Below are positions 31,297-39,895 of a stretch of DNA of 64,000 nt, piece after piece. Below the pieces are notes generated by a model. That model made no database searches, had not been told where the DNA came from, and was given only the letters and a program-made list of their open reading frames with translations. Made by a program: the position numbers and the translations under genes. Each line of letters starts with the position of its first letter. Position 1 is the stretch's first letter. The stretch is from Soehngenia sp. (GTDB taxonomy: Bacteria; Bacillota; Clostridia; Tissierellales; Tissierellaceae): the NCBI GenBank assembly GCA_024637045.1, contig JAGXFX010000018.1, positions 3,817 to 67,816 on the forward strand, in the 5' to 3' direction.

Positions 31297-32048
31297 CCCC
31301 GGAAGGAGATTCCATTAAGCTTAATGCTTGTGGACTATCCTGTCCGGGGCCTATAATTCAGGTTGCAGAGAAAATGAAGAGCTTAAGTGACGGTCAGATT
31401 CTTGAAGTTTCTGCAACAGATCCCGGTTTTATAAGTGACATCAGGGCTTGGTGCAGAAATACCAGTAACACATTTATATGTGATGAGAAACTTGACACAA
31501 AATGGGTTGTTGAAATTCAGAAGGGTTTATCAAAACAGGCTATCGCAAAAAAAGAGTCAGCTCCGGCAGGAATCAAATCCAAAGAGAAGACCATGGTAGT
31601 CTTTTCAGGAGAGCTTGACAAGGCAATAGCATCATTTATCATTGCCAACGGTGCAGCTGCGATGGGTAACAATGTTACAATGTTCTTCACTTTCTGGGGT
31701 TTGAATGTTCTTAGAAAACCAGAACCTGTGAGCGTGAAAAAGGACTTCATGGCTACAATGTTCTCAAAGATGATGCCAAGAGGAAGTAAAAAGCTGGGAC
31801 TATCTAAGATGAATATGGCTGGAATGGGTCCTAAGATGATCAGAAAAGTAATGGCTGATAAAAACATTTCATCTCTTGAAGAACTTATAAAGACAGGTAT
31901 GGATTCTGGTATAAGAGTCGTAGCCTGCCAAATGTCAATGGATGTAATGGGAATAACCAAGGAAGAACTGATTGAAGGAGTAGAAATTGGTGGAGTAGCA
32001 ACATATCTAGACGCTGCTGATGACTCAAATGTAAATCTGTTCATATAG
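31290..32048 (+). CDS. TusA/SirA + DsrE/DrsE_2 sulfur-carrier domains, in the -1 frame relative to the upstream reductase
   Basis: Frame is open from 31260; the TusA motif LNACGLSCPGP lies upstream of the first ATG (31374); DsrE part VFSGELDKA...FFTFWGL...ACQMS. Confidence 0.85.
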   Translation, partial: AVTPEGDSIKLNACGLSCPGPIIQVAEKMKSLSDGQILEVSATDPGFISDIRAWCRNTSNTFICDEKLDTKWVVEIQKGLSKQAIAKKESAPAGIKSKEKTMVVFSGELDKAIASFIIANGAAAMGNNVTMFFTFWGLNVLRKPEPVSVKKDFMATMFSKMMPRGSKKLGLSKMNMAGMGPKMIRKVMADKNISSLEELIKTGMDSGIRVVACQMSMDVMGITKEELIEGVEIGGVATYLDAADDSNVNLFI

Positions 32049-32061
32049 AATTGATTAATGG

Positions 32062-32091
32062 AGGCAGTTCACTTGTGGACTGCCTTTTTTT
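32062..32091 (+). terminator. Terminator after the TusA-DsrE ORF
   Basis: AGGCAGTTCA/TGGACTGCCT plus T-tract. Confidence 0.8.
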
Positions 32092-32164
32092 AAATATTTG
32101 CAAAAAAGTGTGAAGAATATAAGTTATTGGGTATATTAAAAATTGAGCCTGGTATTTAATACTA

Positions 32165-32193
32165 TGGACTTAAACGGGTATGTCCTGTATAAT
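32165..32193 (+). promoter_or_regulatory. SigA-type promoter of rubrerythrin
   Basis: TGGACT-17 bp-TATAAT with extended TG. Confidence 0.6.
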
Positions 32194-32263
32194 GTAAATT
32201 GTAATGATTTCACTTTTACTATGTGAAATTGTATTTTTCAAAGACTAAAAAGGAGGAATTTCA

Positions 32264-32809
32264 ATGAACGCAATGACACAAGACAACTTAAGATCAGCTT
32301 TTGGTGGAGAGAGCCAGGCTCACATGAGATACAGAATATGGGCTGACAAGGCTACAAAGGATGGATTTCCAACAGTAGCTAGATTATTTATGGCAACATC
32401 AGATGCAGAGCAGGTTCATGCAACATTACACTTTAAAGCACTAAGAGATGTTGAAGGAGCTTTCTCAGTAGTATCAGGTGGAGAATTCGGACTTGGATCA
32501 ACATCACAAAACCTTGCAGGTGGAATTGAAGGTGAAATGCATGAAGTAACTCAAATGTATCCAGCTTACATACAGGTAGCAGAAATGCAGGGAGAAAAGG
32601 AAGCAATCAACGCAATGAGATATGCAGTTGCAGCTGAGCAGGTTCATGCAGATTGCTATACCCTGGCAAAGAAATTTGTCGATGGAGGCAAAGACCTTGA
32701 GGCAAAAGTAATTGAACTGTGTCCGGTATGTGGTTATCTTACACTAACTGGCGAAGAAGACACTTGTCCTATATGCAACGCTAAAAGATCAGTATTTGTA
32801 TCTTATTAA
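32264..32809 (+). CDS. rbr: Rubrerythrin
   Basis: AFGGESQAHMRY, EQVHA, IEGEMHE, C-terminal CPVCGY...CPIC. Confidence 0.92.
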   Translation: MNAMTQDNLRSAFGGESQAHMRYRIWADKATKDGFPTVARLFMATSDAEQVHATLHFKALRDVEGAFSVVSGGEFGLGSTSQNLAGGIEGEMHEVTQMYPAYIQVAEMQGEKEAINAMRYAVAAEQVHADCYTLAKKFVDGGKDLEAKVIELCPVCGYLTLTGEEDTCPICNAKRSVFVSY

Positions 32810-32840
32810 TAAGGACGCCCACGGGCGTCCTATTATTATT
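32807..32840 (+). terminator. Hairpin/terminator after rubrerythrin
   Basis: AGGACGCCC/GGGCGTCCT inverted repeat with AT-rich flanks. Confidence 0.65.
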
Positions 32841-32863
32841 TAAAAACTCAGGGAGATTTAGTT

Positions 32864-33412
32864 ATGATGATTGAAACTTTGGTGATAAGTATAATATTGG
32901 GGAAGCTAAGAGGTGGAAAGTTGGCAAACCTGGCAGATATATCTCTAGCAAAATGGGGATTTATTCCGGCTGGTTTCTTTTTGTCATACATATCGATTTC
33001 TCTAATTACTCAGGGAAATTCATTTCTAATGAAAAATTTTGTATTTATTCAACTTGCTTCCAATTCCCTTCTTTTATTGACATTGTACTTCAACAGAAAG
33101 ATAAAGCCTTTTAATCTTGTAACAATGGGTATAGTGTCAAATGTTATCCCCATGACATTTAACGGAGGCCGTATGCCTGTAAGTCAGTGGGCTCTACAGA
33201 AGGCGGGACTTGTTGAGGAGCTTTCATTGATAGCAGATAATCGAATTGTTACTCATACCTTAATTGACTCAAATACTGACTTTGTATTTCTAGCAGATAC
33301 CATTCCACTAATATACAAAGTTATAAGTATAGGGGACATTTTTATAGCTTTAGGAATATTTCTGATAATTCAAAACTATATGACTTCGGCTGAGCCGTTG
33401 CAGAGAAGTTAA
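32864..33412 (+). CDS. DUF5317-like membrane protein
   Basis: GKLRGGKLANL, G..SN.I....NGGRMPVS, FLADTIP...ISIGDI; family recalled from these motifs. Confidence 0.7.
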   Translation: MMIETLVISIILGKLRGGKLANLADISLAKWGFIPAGFFLSYISISLITQGNSFLMKNFVFIQLASNSLLLLTLYFNRKIKPFNLVTMGIVSNVIPMTFNGGRMPVSQWALQKAGLVEELSLIADNRIVTHTLIDSNTDFVFLADTIPLIYKVISIGDIFIALGIFLIIQNYMTSAEPLQRS

Positions 33413-33457
33413 TTTAGATGTAAAATATATATAGAGGTATATGAGAAAGGACCTATT

Positions 33458-34690
33458 ATGAAAAAGTGGATAACTATTGCGGTGTTATTGATTTCTATTG
33501 TTATGACATTTTCAGGCATGAGCTTAAACAGTGACAAGGGTATGGATAAAAAATCTGTTGAAACTGACTCTGGTGAAAACGTTCCCATAGAGAAGAGTTT
33601 AGAAGCTGACCCGACTGACAAGTCACAAGCATCACTATCTGAGCAACAGGATACAAAAGAAAATAGCACATTGAAAATATTGGCAGCAGGTGATTTGATG
33701 TTTCACTTACCTCAGATATATTCTTCAAGAACATCTAACGGAGCCTATGACTTCAATCCACCCTTTAGGTATATAAAAGATTACCTTTTGGATGCAGATT
33801 TGGCAATTGCGAATCTGGAAACTGTAACAGCTGGTGATGAGTTAGGTTTTAGTGGATATCCAAGATTCAACAGTCCTGTGGCAATACTGGATGCCATAGC
33901 TGAAACAGGATTTGATATTCTTGTAACTTCAAACAATCATAGTCTTGATAAAGGTAAAGTAGGAGTAGAAAAAACCATAAAGAATATCATTGACAGAGAA
34001 ATGGAATACGTCGGGACAAGTTTAGACAAAAGAAGACCTTATATAATCAGGGAAGAAAATGGGATTAAGATAGGACTGCTGTCATACACCTACGGCTTAA
34101 ACGGGCTGGATTCTCTATTATCAGATGAAGAGAGAGATCGAATGGTTAATATCGTGGACCAAGATAAAATGGCTGCAGATATTCAACAACTAAAGACTGA
34201 AAATGTTGATTTTATAATAGCATACATGCATTGGGGGAATCAGTTCCACAAGAATCCATCCAAGGAACAAGAAGATCTCGCTGCATTTCTTTCTGAAAGG
34301 GGCGTTGATCTAATACTTGGTACACATCCCCATATAGTACAGAAAATCGAAGAGATCAGCCTTGCATCAAGCAGAACCCAGGTTATATATTCTATGGGAA
34401 ACCTGCTTTCAAATCAGAGATACGACACCATTGGTGTAGCAGGGACAGAAGATGGGGTTCTGGTTGAAATTGAGATTGTAAAGAATTACACCGGCCAGTA
34501 CACTGAAGTTAAAAGCATCAGAACTATCCCAACCTGGATTGACAGGAGATGGGATGGAAATTCATATAGCTACAGAATTCTACCTGTGGAAAGGGCACTT
34601 GAAGGCAACCTTGACATTGAAATAGATGAAGAAACTATGGATAGATTAAAAAAATCCCTTTCCAATACCAATTATAGCCTGTACAATTGA
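33458..34690 (+). CDS. CapA/PGA_cap metallophosphoesterase-fold protein with N-terminal membrane anchor
   Basis: AAGDLMFH, ANLET, SNNHSLDKG, MHWG, GTHPH.VQ, YSMGNL.SNQ. Confidence 0.88.
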   Translation: MKKWITIAVLLISIVMTFSGMSLNSDKGMDKKSVETDSGENVPIEKSLEADPTDKSQASLSEQQDTKENSTLKILAAGDLMFHLPQIYSSRTSNGAYDFNPPFRYIKDYLLDADLAIANLETVTAGDELGFSGYPRFNSPVAILDAIAETGFDILVTSNNHSLDKGKVGVEKTIKNIIDREMEYVGTSLDKRRPYIIREENGIKIGLLSYTYGLNGLDSLLSDEERDRMVNIVDQDKMAADIQQLKTENVDFIIAYMHWGNQFHKNPSKEQEDLAAFLSERGVDLILGTHPHIVQKIEEISLASSRTQVIYSMGNLLSNQRYDTIGVAGTEDGVLVEIEIVKNYTGQYTEVKSIRTIPTWIDRRWDGNSYSYRILPVERALEGNLDIEIDEETMDRLKKSLSNTNYSLYN

Positions 34691-34763
34691 TAATTTATAT
34701 TCAATTGTACATATATATGGGGTATAATAAGTAGTAGAGACTAAACATAAAGGCGGGGTTCTA

Positions 34764-35597
34764 TTGCAATTCTTAAATAATTTATTCATGAACATCAGAA
34801 TACGAGACATAGTGGACATATTGATTGTTGCAGTTGTGTTGTATAAGCTGTACACGTTGATAAAGGAGACCCGTGCTGAGCAACTGTTAAAGGGCATAGG
34901 GGTTCTTTTAGTGCTGACCAAGGTTAGTGAATGGCTTGAACTGTACACAATAAACTGGATATTGGGAAATGCAATGACCGTTGGAACACTGGCTATTCTA
35001 ATAGTTTTTCAGCCTGAACTGAGAAGAGGACTTGAATACATAGGTAGAAGCAGATTTTTCTCGAAATCTTTAATTGAGATCAGGGGTGAGAATATATCCA
35101 AGATTGTGGATGAAATTGTCGAGGCTACGGCATCTTTGGCAAGACAAAAGATTGGAGCTCTAATTGTCCTGGAAAAGCAGACTGGCCTGAATGAAGTTGT
35201 CGAAACAGGAACAAAAATCGGAGGTAAAGTAAGTAGTGACCTTCTGATAAACATATTTATTCCAAATACACCCCTTCACGATGGTGCGGTAATAATAAAG
35301 GATGATATTATAAAAGCTGCAGCTTGCTTTTTGCCATTAACAGACAGTTCCACAGTGAGTAAGGAGCTTGGAACAAGACATCGTGCTGCACTGGGCATAT
35401 CTGAAAGATCTGACAGCCTTTCAATAATAGTATCTGAGGAAACAGGAGCCATCTCCATAGCGGAGAATGGAACCATATCAAGATACCTGGATGCAAAAAC
35501 ACTTAAACAGATACTCCTTGAGATGTACAAACCGAAGAATAGTGACCAGACTTTTATAACAAGATGGAGGAATAAGGATGAAAATGAGAGAAAGTAA
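34764..35597 (+). CDS. cdaA: Diadenylate cyclase CdaA (DacA)
   Basis: 3 TM + IVFQPELRRGL, PNTPLHDGA, LGTRHRAA, VSEETG. Confidence 0.96.
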   Translation: MQFLNNLFMNIRIRDIVDILIVAVVLYKLYTLIKETRAEQLLKGIGVLLVLTKVSEWLELYTINWILGNAMTVGTLAILIVFQPELRRGLEYIGRSRFFSKSLIEIRGENISKIVDEIVEATASLARQKIGALIVLEKQTGLNEVVETGTKIGGKVSSDLLINIFIPNTPLHDGAVIIKDDIIKAAACFLPLTDSSTVSKELGTRHRAALGISERSDSLSIIVSEETGAISIAENGTISRYLDAKTLKQILLEMYKPKNSDQTFITRWRNKDENERK

Positions 35598-36795
35598 TGT
35601 TACAGCAAAAATTCTTACTCTTGTTATTGCAATCTTTTTATGGAGCTATGTAATGAGTGAGACAAATCCTGATCAAACTCAGGAATATAGAAATATTACT
35701 GTAAACTATTCAAATACAGCTGCATTGGACAGACAGGGACTTGTGATAATGGAACCTGAGGAGGTCAAGATTAACGTAAGGGTAACTGGAAAACGATCAG
35801 AAATGGCAAAATTCAGTGCATCCAGTATTTATGCAGAGGTTGATCTTAGCGGATATAATGAGGGGAATGTCAAGATCCCTGTGACAGTAGGACTACTCGA
35901 CCAAGCCTCCGGGATAAGAGTTATCAACCATGAACCTAAAGAAGTACTGTTCTCCTTTGACAGGATAATAAGCCGAGAAATACCTGTTTCAATAGATTAT
36001 CAGGGGGAATTGCCAGAAAATTACGTTCAAGGAGCAGTGTCTTCAAGACCACAGAGCATATTGATAAGCGGTCCAAGAACCTGGATAAATGAGGTTGAAA
36101 AGGCTCAAGGGATTATCAATCTTGAAGACAAGACTGAGAGCTTTACAATATCGACACCAATTAAAATTTTGAATGACAGTGGAGAGGAAGTCCGAGGGGT
36201 CGCAAAAGATCCTGGATTTATAGATGTTACACTACCGATTTACAGAGCTGTAGAGCTTCCTGTGGAACTTGTAACAATAAACGAGCTTCCAGATAACTAT
36301 GCCATAACTGATATTGAAATCAGTCCGGAAACGGTAGCGGTAAAAGTTGATAATACAGTTGCTGGACTCACTGAGTTGAGGACCGTAGAAATTGATATAA
36401 ACTCAATGCTTGAAGCTGAGAGTATGGAAGTTAAACTTGTTTTGCCAGAAGGAGTAAGTTTACTAGATGAAAACCAGAAGATTACCATAGATTACATTGT
36501 CAGAGAAGTTGTAACTAGTACTCTTGCGTTTTCATTTGAAGATATAGAATTTATAAATATTCCAGAAGGTATGGAAATAAACCCTGATCTGCAGCAACAG
36601 ACATTTACACTCCAACTGAAAGGGTATGATGCTGAAACTGAAGAAATAACCATGGAGGATTTAAATCTGTATGTGGACTTGGAAGGATATGAGGCCGGTG
36701 AATACGAGATTGAAGTTCTCTGGGAAGAGATTGAAAACCTGTCTATCGTAGGTTTAGAGCCACCTGTGGTTCAGATTATTATTACAGACGAATAA
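35578..36795 (+). CDS. cdaR: CdaA regulator CdaR (YbbR repeats)
   Basis: N-terminal TM (IAIFLWSYV), repeated YbbR-type beta domains; overlaps the cdaA 3' end. Confidence 0.9.
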   Translation: MKMRESNVTAKILTLVIAIFLWSYVMSETNPDQTQEYRNITVNYSNTAALDRQGLVIMEPEEVKINVRVTGKRSEMAKFSASSIYAEVDLSGYNEGNVKIPVTVGLLDQASGIRVINHEPKEVLFSFDRIISREIPVSIDYQGELPENYVQGAVSSRPQSILISGPRTWINEVEKAQGIINLEDKTESFTISTPIKILNDSGEEVRGVAKDPGFIDVTLPIYRAVELPVELVTINELPDNYAITDIEISPETVAVKVDNTVAGLTELRTVEIDINSMLEAESMEVKLVLPEGVSLLDENQKITIDYIVREVVTSTLAFSFEDIEFINIPEGMEINPDLQQQTFTLQLKGYDAETEEITMEDLNLYVDLEGYEAGEYEIEVLWEEIENLSIVGLEPPVVQIIITDE

Positions 36796-36821
36796 TTATT
36801 ATTAATTACGAGGGGGATGCT

Positions 36822-37904
36822 ATGGAAAGGAAATACATATTGGCTATCAATCCGGGATCCACATCAACAAAAGTATCAGTTTTCAAGGGCCAGGATGAGA
36901 TTAAAACTAAGAAGCTGGATCATATGTTGGAGGAACTAAACAAGTTTGATACAATTACCGATCAGTATGACTATAGGATGGGTATAATAATTGACTGGCT
37001 GCACGAAGAAGAAATTCAACCAAGTGAGCTGCAGTGTGTTGTAGGTAGAGGCGGACTTTTGAAATCAATGCCTAGCGGGACTTATAAAGTAACGGAATCG
37101 ATGGCAGAAGATTTAAAAATCGGAGTACAAGGACAACACGCATCAAATCTGGGAGGACTTCTAGCAAGAGGAATAGCGGATAGTGAAGAGATACCTTCCT
37201 TTATAGTTGATCCTGTAGCTGTTGATGAGTTTCAGGAGGTAGCAAGAATATCCGGACAAAAGACAATTGAAAGAAAATCACTGGTACACGCATTGAACAT
37301 AAAGGCAGTTTGTCATAGATATGCAGTGGAAAACAATACGACTGTAGATAAGCTAAATATTATTGTAGCACATCTTGGTGGCGGCATAACGGTTTCACCA
37401 ATCCTGCAAGGGAAAATAATCGATGCCAACAATGCCAATCAAATGGGACCGTTTTCACCGGAAAGAGCTGGTGGATTACCTGTTGGGGATGTTGTGAAAA
37501 TGTGTTTCTCAGGCGAGTACACTGAGGCAGAGATGAAGAAAATGATTCAGGGCAAGGGAGGACTGATGTCTTACCTGGGTACCTTTGATGGTAGAGAGGT
37601 CATGGAAAGAATTGAATCAGGCGATGAATATGCAAAACTTATCTATGAAGCAATGGCGTATCAAATAGGTAAGGAGATAGGACTTTGTGGTGCTGTGCTT
37701 AAAGGAGACATTCAAGGAATTATTCTTACTGGAGGTCTGGCTTATTCACAATATCTGGTTGATTATATAAAAAATATGGTATCATTTATGGCTCCAGTTA
37801 CAGTCTATCCAGGAGAAGATGAAATGGAGGCTCTTAACAAAGGAGCTAGAAGGGTACTTGATGGAGAAGAAAATTTCAAGATATACGAGGAAGAGGTGGA
37901 ATAA
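36822..37904 (+). CDS. buk: Butyrate/branched-chain acid kinase, copy 1
   Basis: [39 protein letters not shown]. Confidence 0.92.
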   Translation: MERKYILAINPGSTSTKVSVFKGQDEIKTKKLDHMLEELNKFDTITDQYDYRMGIIIDWLHEEEIQPSELQCVVGRGGLLKSMPSGTYKVTESMAEDLKIGVQGQHASNLGGLLARGIADSEEIPSFIVDPVAVDEFQEVARISGQKTIERKSLVHALNIKAVCHRYAVENNTTVDKLNIIVAHLGGGITVSPILQGKIIDANNANQMGPFSPERAGGLPVGDVVKMCFSGEYTEAEMKKMIQGKGGLMSYLGTFDGREVMERIESGDEYAKLIYEAMAYQIGKEIGLCGAVLKGDIQGIILTGGLAYSQYLVDYIKNMVSFMAPVTVYPGEDEMEALNKGARRVLDGEENFKIYEEEVE

Positions 37905-38800
37905 TGGCTAAGAACTTTGAAACTTTATTCAAACTTGCCCAGGAAAAGGGACCTAAGACAATGGCTGTTGCTGTTGCGCAGGATGAAGATGTATTGGGAG
38001 CAATTAAGCTAGCATATGAGAAGGGAATAGTTGATCCGATATTGGTAGGAGACAAGGAGAGCATTGAAAAGATTGCCGAGAAGATTTCCTTTAATATTGA
38101 TGGGATCCAGATTGTAGATGAAAAGGATGGAGTTGAAGCGACAAGAAAAGCTACTGCTATGGTAAGTAGTGGAAAAGCACAGGTTCTTATGAAGGGGTTA
38201 ATTGATACATCAGTTATAATGAAGGCAGTTCTTGACAAGGAAATTGGCTTGAGAACAGACAGTATAATAAGTCACGTCGCAGTGTTTGATGTTCCGACTT
38301 ACCACAAGGTATTCATTGTAACGGATGCTGCCATGATAATAGCACCGGATTTGAATCAGAAAAAACAAATAATTGATAATGCAGTTAAACTTGCTCATTC
38401 ATTAGGTATTCCTGAACCGAAGGTTGCTGTTTTGGCAGCTAAAGAAAAGGTAAGTCCAAAAATGGAAGCTACAGTTCATGCCAAGGAGTTGGCTGATATG
38501 AACAAAGCAGGGGAAATCAAGGGATGTATTGTTGATGGACCTTTAGCTCTGGATAATGCAGTAAGCAAGGAATCAGCAAGAATAAAGGGAATAGATAGTG
38601 TAGTTGCAGGAGATGCAGATATTCTACTGGCTCCAGACATCGAAGCAGGGAATGTTCTTTACAAGGCATTAACCTTTTTAGCCAATGCAAAGTCTGCAGG
38701 TCTGATTGTAGGAACCAGCAGACCAATTGTACTGACATCAAGAGCTGATAACGAGGAAGCTAAGCTTAATTCAATTGTTCTTGCCACATTAATGGCATAA
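37904..38800 (+). CDS. ptb: Phosphate butyryltransferase
   Basis: LMKGLIDTS, SHVAVF, DGPLALDNA, PDIEAGN.LYK, LTSRAD. Confidence 0.93.
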   Translation: MAKNFETLFKLAQEKGPKTMAVAVAQDEDVLGAIKLAYEKGIVDPILVGDKESIEKIAEKISFNIDGIQIVDEKDGVEATRKATAMVSSGKAQVLMKGLIDTSVIMKAVLDKEIGLRTDSIISHVAVFDVPTYHKVFIVTDAAMIIAPDLNQKKQIIDNAVKLAHSLGIPEPKVAVLAAKEKVSPKMEATVHAKELADMNKAGEIKGCIVDGPLALDNAVSKESARIKGIDSVVAGDADILLAPDIEAGNVLYKALTFLANAKSAGLIVGTSRPIVLTSRADNEEAKLNSIVLATLMA

Positions 38801-38812
38801 CAGGAGGGATGT

Positions 38813-39886
38813 ATGAAAAACTTTAGATTATTGGTAATAAACCCGGGGTCAACATCCACAAAAATTGGCGTTTATGAAGATGAAAAATTGGTATTTGAAG
38901 AAACGTTAAGACATGATGTTGAGGAGCTTTCAGAATTTGACAAAATGATCGACCAATTACAGTTTAGAAAAGATATCATAGTGAAAGCACTTGAAAAAAA
39001 CAAGACTGAAATAGAAAGTATGGATGCAGTAGTAGGCAGGGGAGGGCTTTTAAGCCCCATCGAAGGTGGAACCTATGAAGTAAATGATAAGATGCTTGAA
39101 GATCTTAGAGCAGCCAAAAGAGGAGAGCACGCATCGAATCTTGGCGCAATCCTTGCGTTTGAAATTGCGCAACAAGCCAAGGCAAGAGCGTTTATAGTCG
39201 ATCCGGTAGTGGTAGACGAATTGCAGGATGTTGCAAGAATCTCTGGATTGAAGGAAATTGAAAGAATAAGTATCCTTCATGCTCTTAACCAGAAAGCTGT
39301 TGCGAGAAGGTATGCCAGGGAGCAGAATATAAAATATACAGATTTAAATCTTATTGTTGCCCACTTGGGTGGCGGAATTTCTGTAGGAGCTCACAAAAAA
39401 GGCAGAGTAGTGGATGTTGGAAATGCACTTGATGGAGAAGGAGCTTTTTCACCGGAAAGATCAGGTGGTCTTCCTGTCGGAGACCTTATCAAGCTTTGCT
39501 TCTCAGGCAAATACACTCTGGATGAAATAAAGAAAATGATAGTGGGAAACGGTGGTTTGGTATCTTATCTGGGAACAAATGACGCCCGCGAAGTTGTTAA
39601 GAAAATTGAAGATGGAGATGAGTACTCAGAACTTATCTTCAAAGCAATGGCGTATCAGGTATCAAAAGATATTGGTGCATGTGCAGCGGTTCTCAAAGGC
39701 GATGTGGACCAGGTAATAATTACAGGAGGTATTGCATACGACGACATGTTTACTGGCTGGATAAAGGATATGGTCAGCTACATAAGCGGAGTAACAGTAT
39801 ATCCAGGAGAAGATGAGCTTCAGGCCCTTGCTGAGGGTGGACTGAGAGTGCTTAATAATGAGGAATCTCCAAAAGTTTACAGTTAG
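38813..39886 (+). CDS. buk: Butyrate/branched-chain acid kinase, copy 2
   Basis: [40 protein letters not shown]. Confidence 0.94.
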   Translation: MKNFRLLVINPGSTSTKIGVYEDEKLVFEETLRHDVEELSEFDKMIDQLQFRKDIIVKALEKNKTEIESMDAVVGRGGLLSPIEGGTYEVNDKMLEDLRAAKRGEHASNLGAILAFEIAQQAKARAFIVDPVVVDELQDVARISGLKEIERISILHALNQKAVARRYAREQNIKYTDLNLIVAHLGGGISVGAHKKGRVVDVGNALDGEGAFSPERSGGLPVGDLIKLCFSGKYTLDEIKKMIVGNGGLVSYLGTNDAREVVKKIEDGDEYSELIFKAMAYQVSKDIGACAAVLKGDVDQVIITGGIAYDDMFTGWIKDMVSYISGVTVYPGEDELQALAEGGLRVLNNEESPKVYS

Positions 39887-39895
39887 GAGAAGAGA

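Noticed and set aside
31517-32044. 175-aa minus-strand ORF, and similar long antisense ORFs (12665-13108, 48941-49423, 11665-12057 and others)
   Set aside because: They lie fully antisense to well-conserved genes, have Ser/Ile/Phe-rich shadow composition, and no RBS or motifs were noticed.
31374-32048. ORF-track start (ATG 31374) for the TusA-DsrE protein
   Set aside because: It would omit the conserved TusA CPxP motif encoded upstream in the same frame, and has no clear SD.
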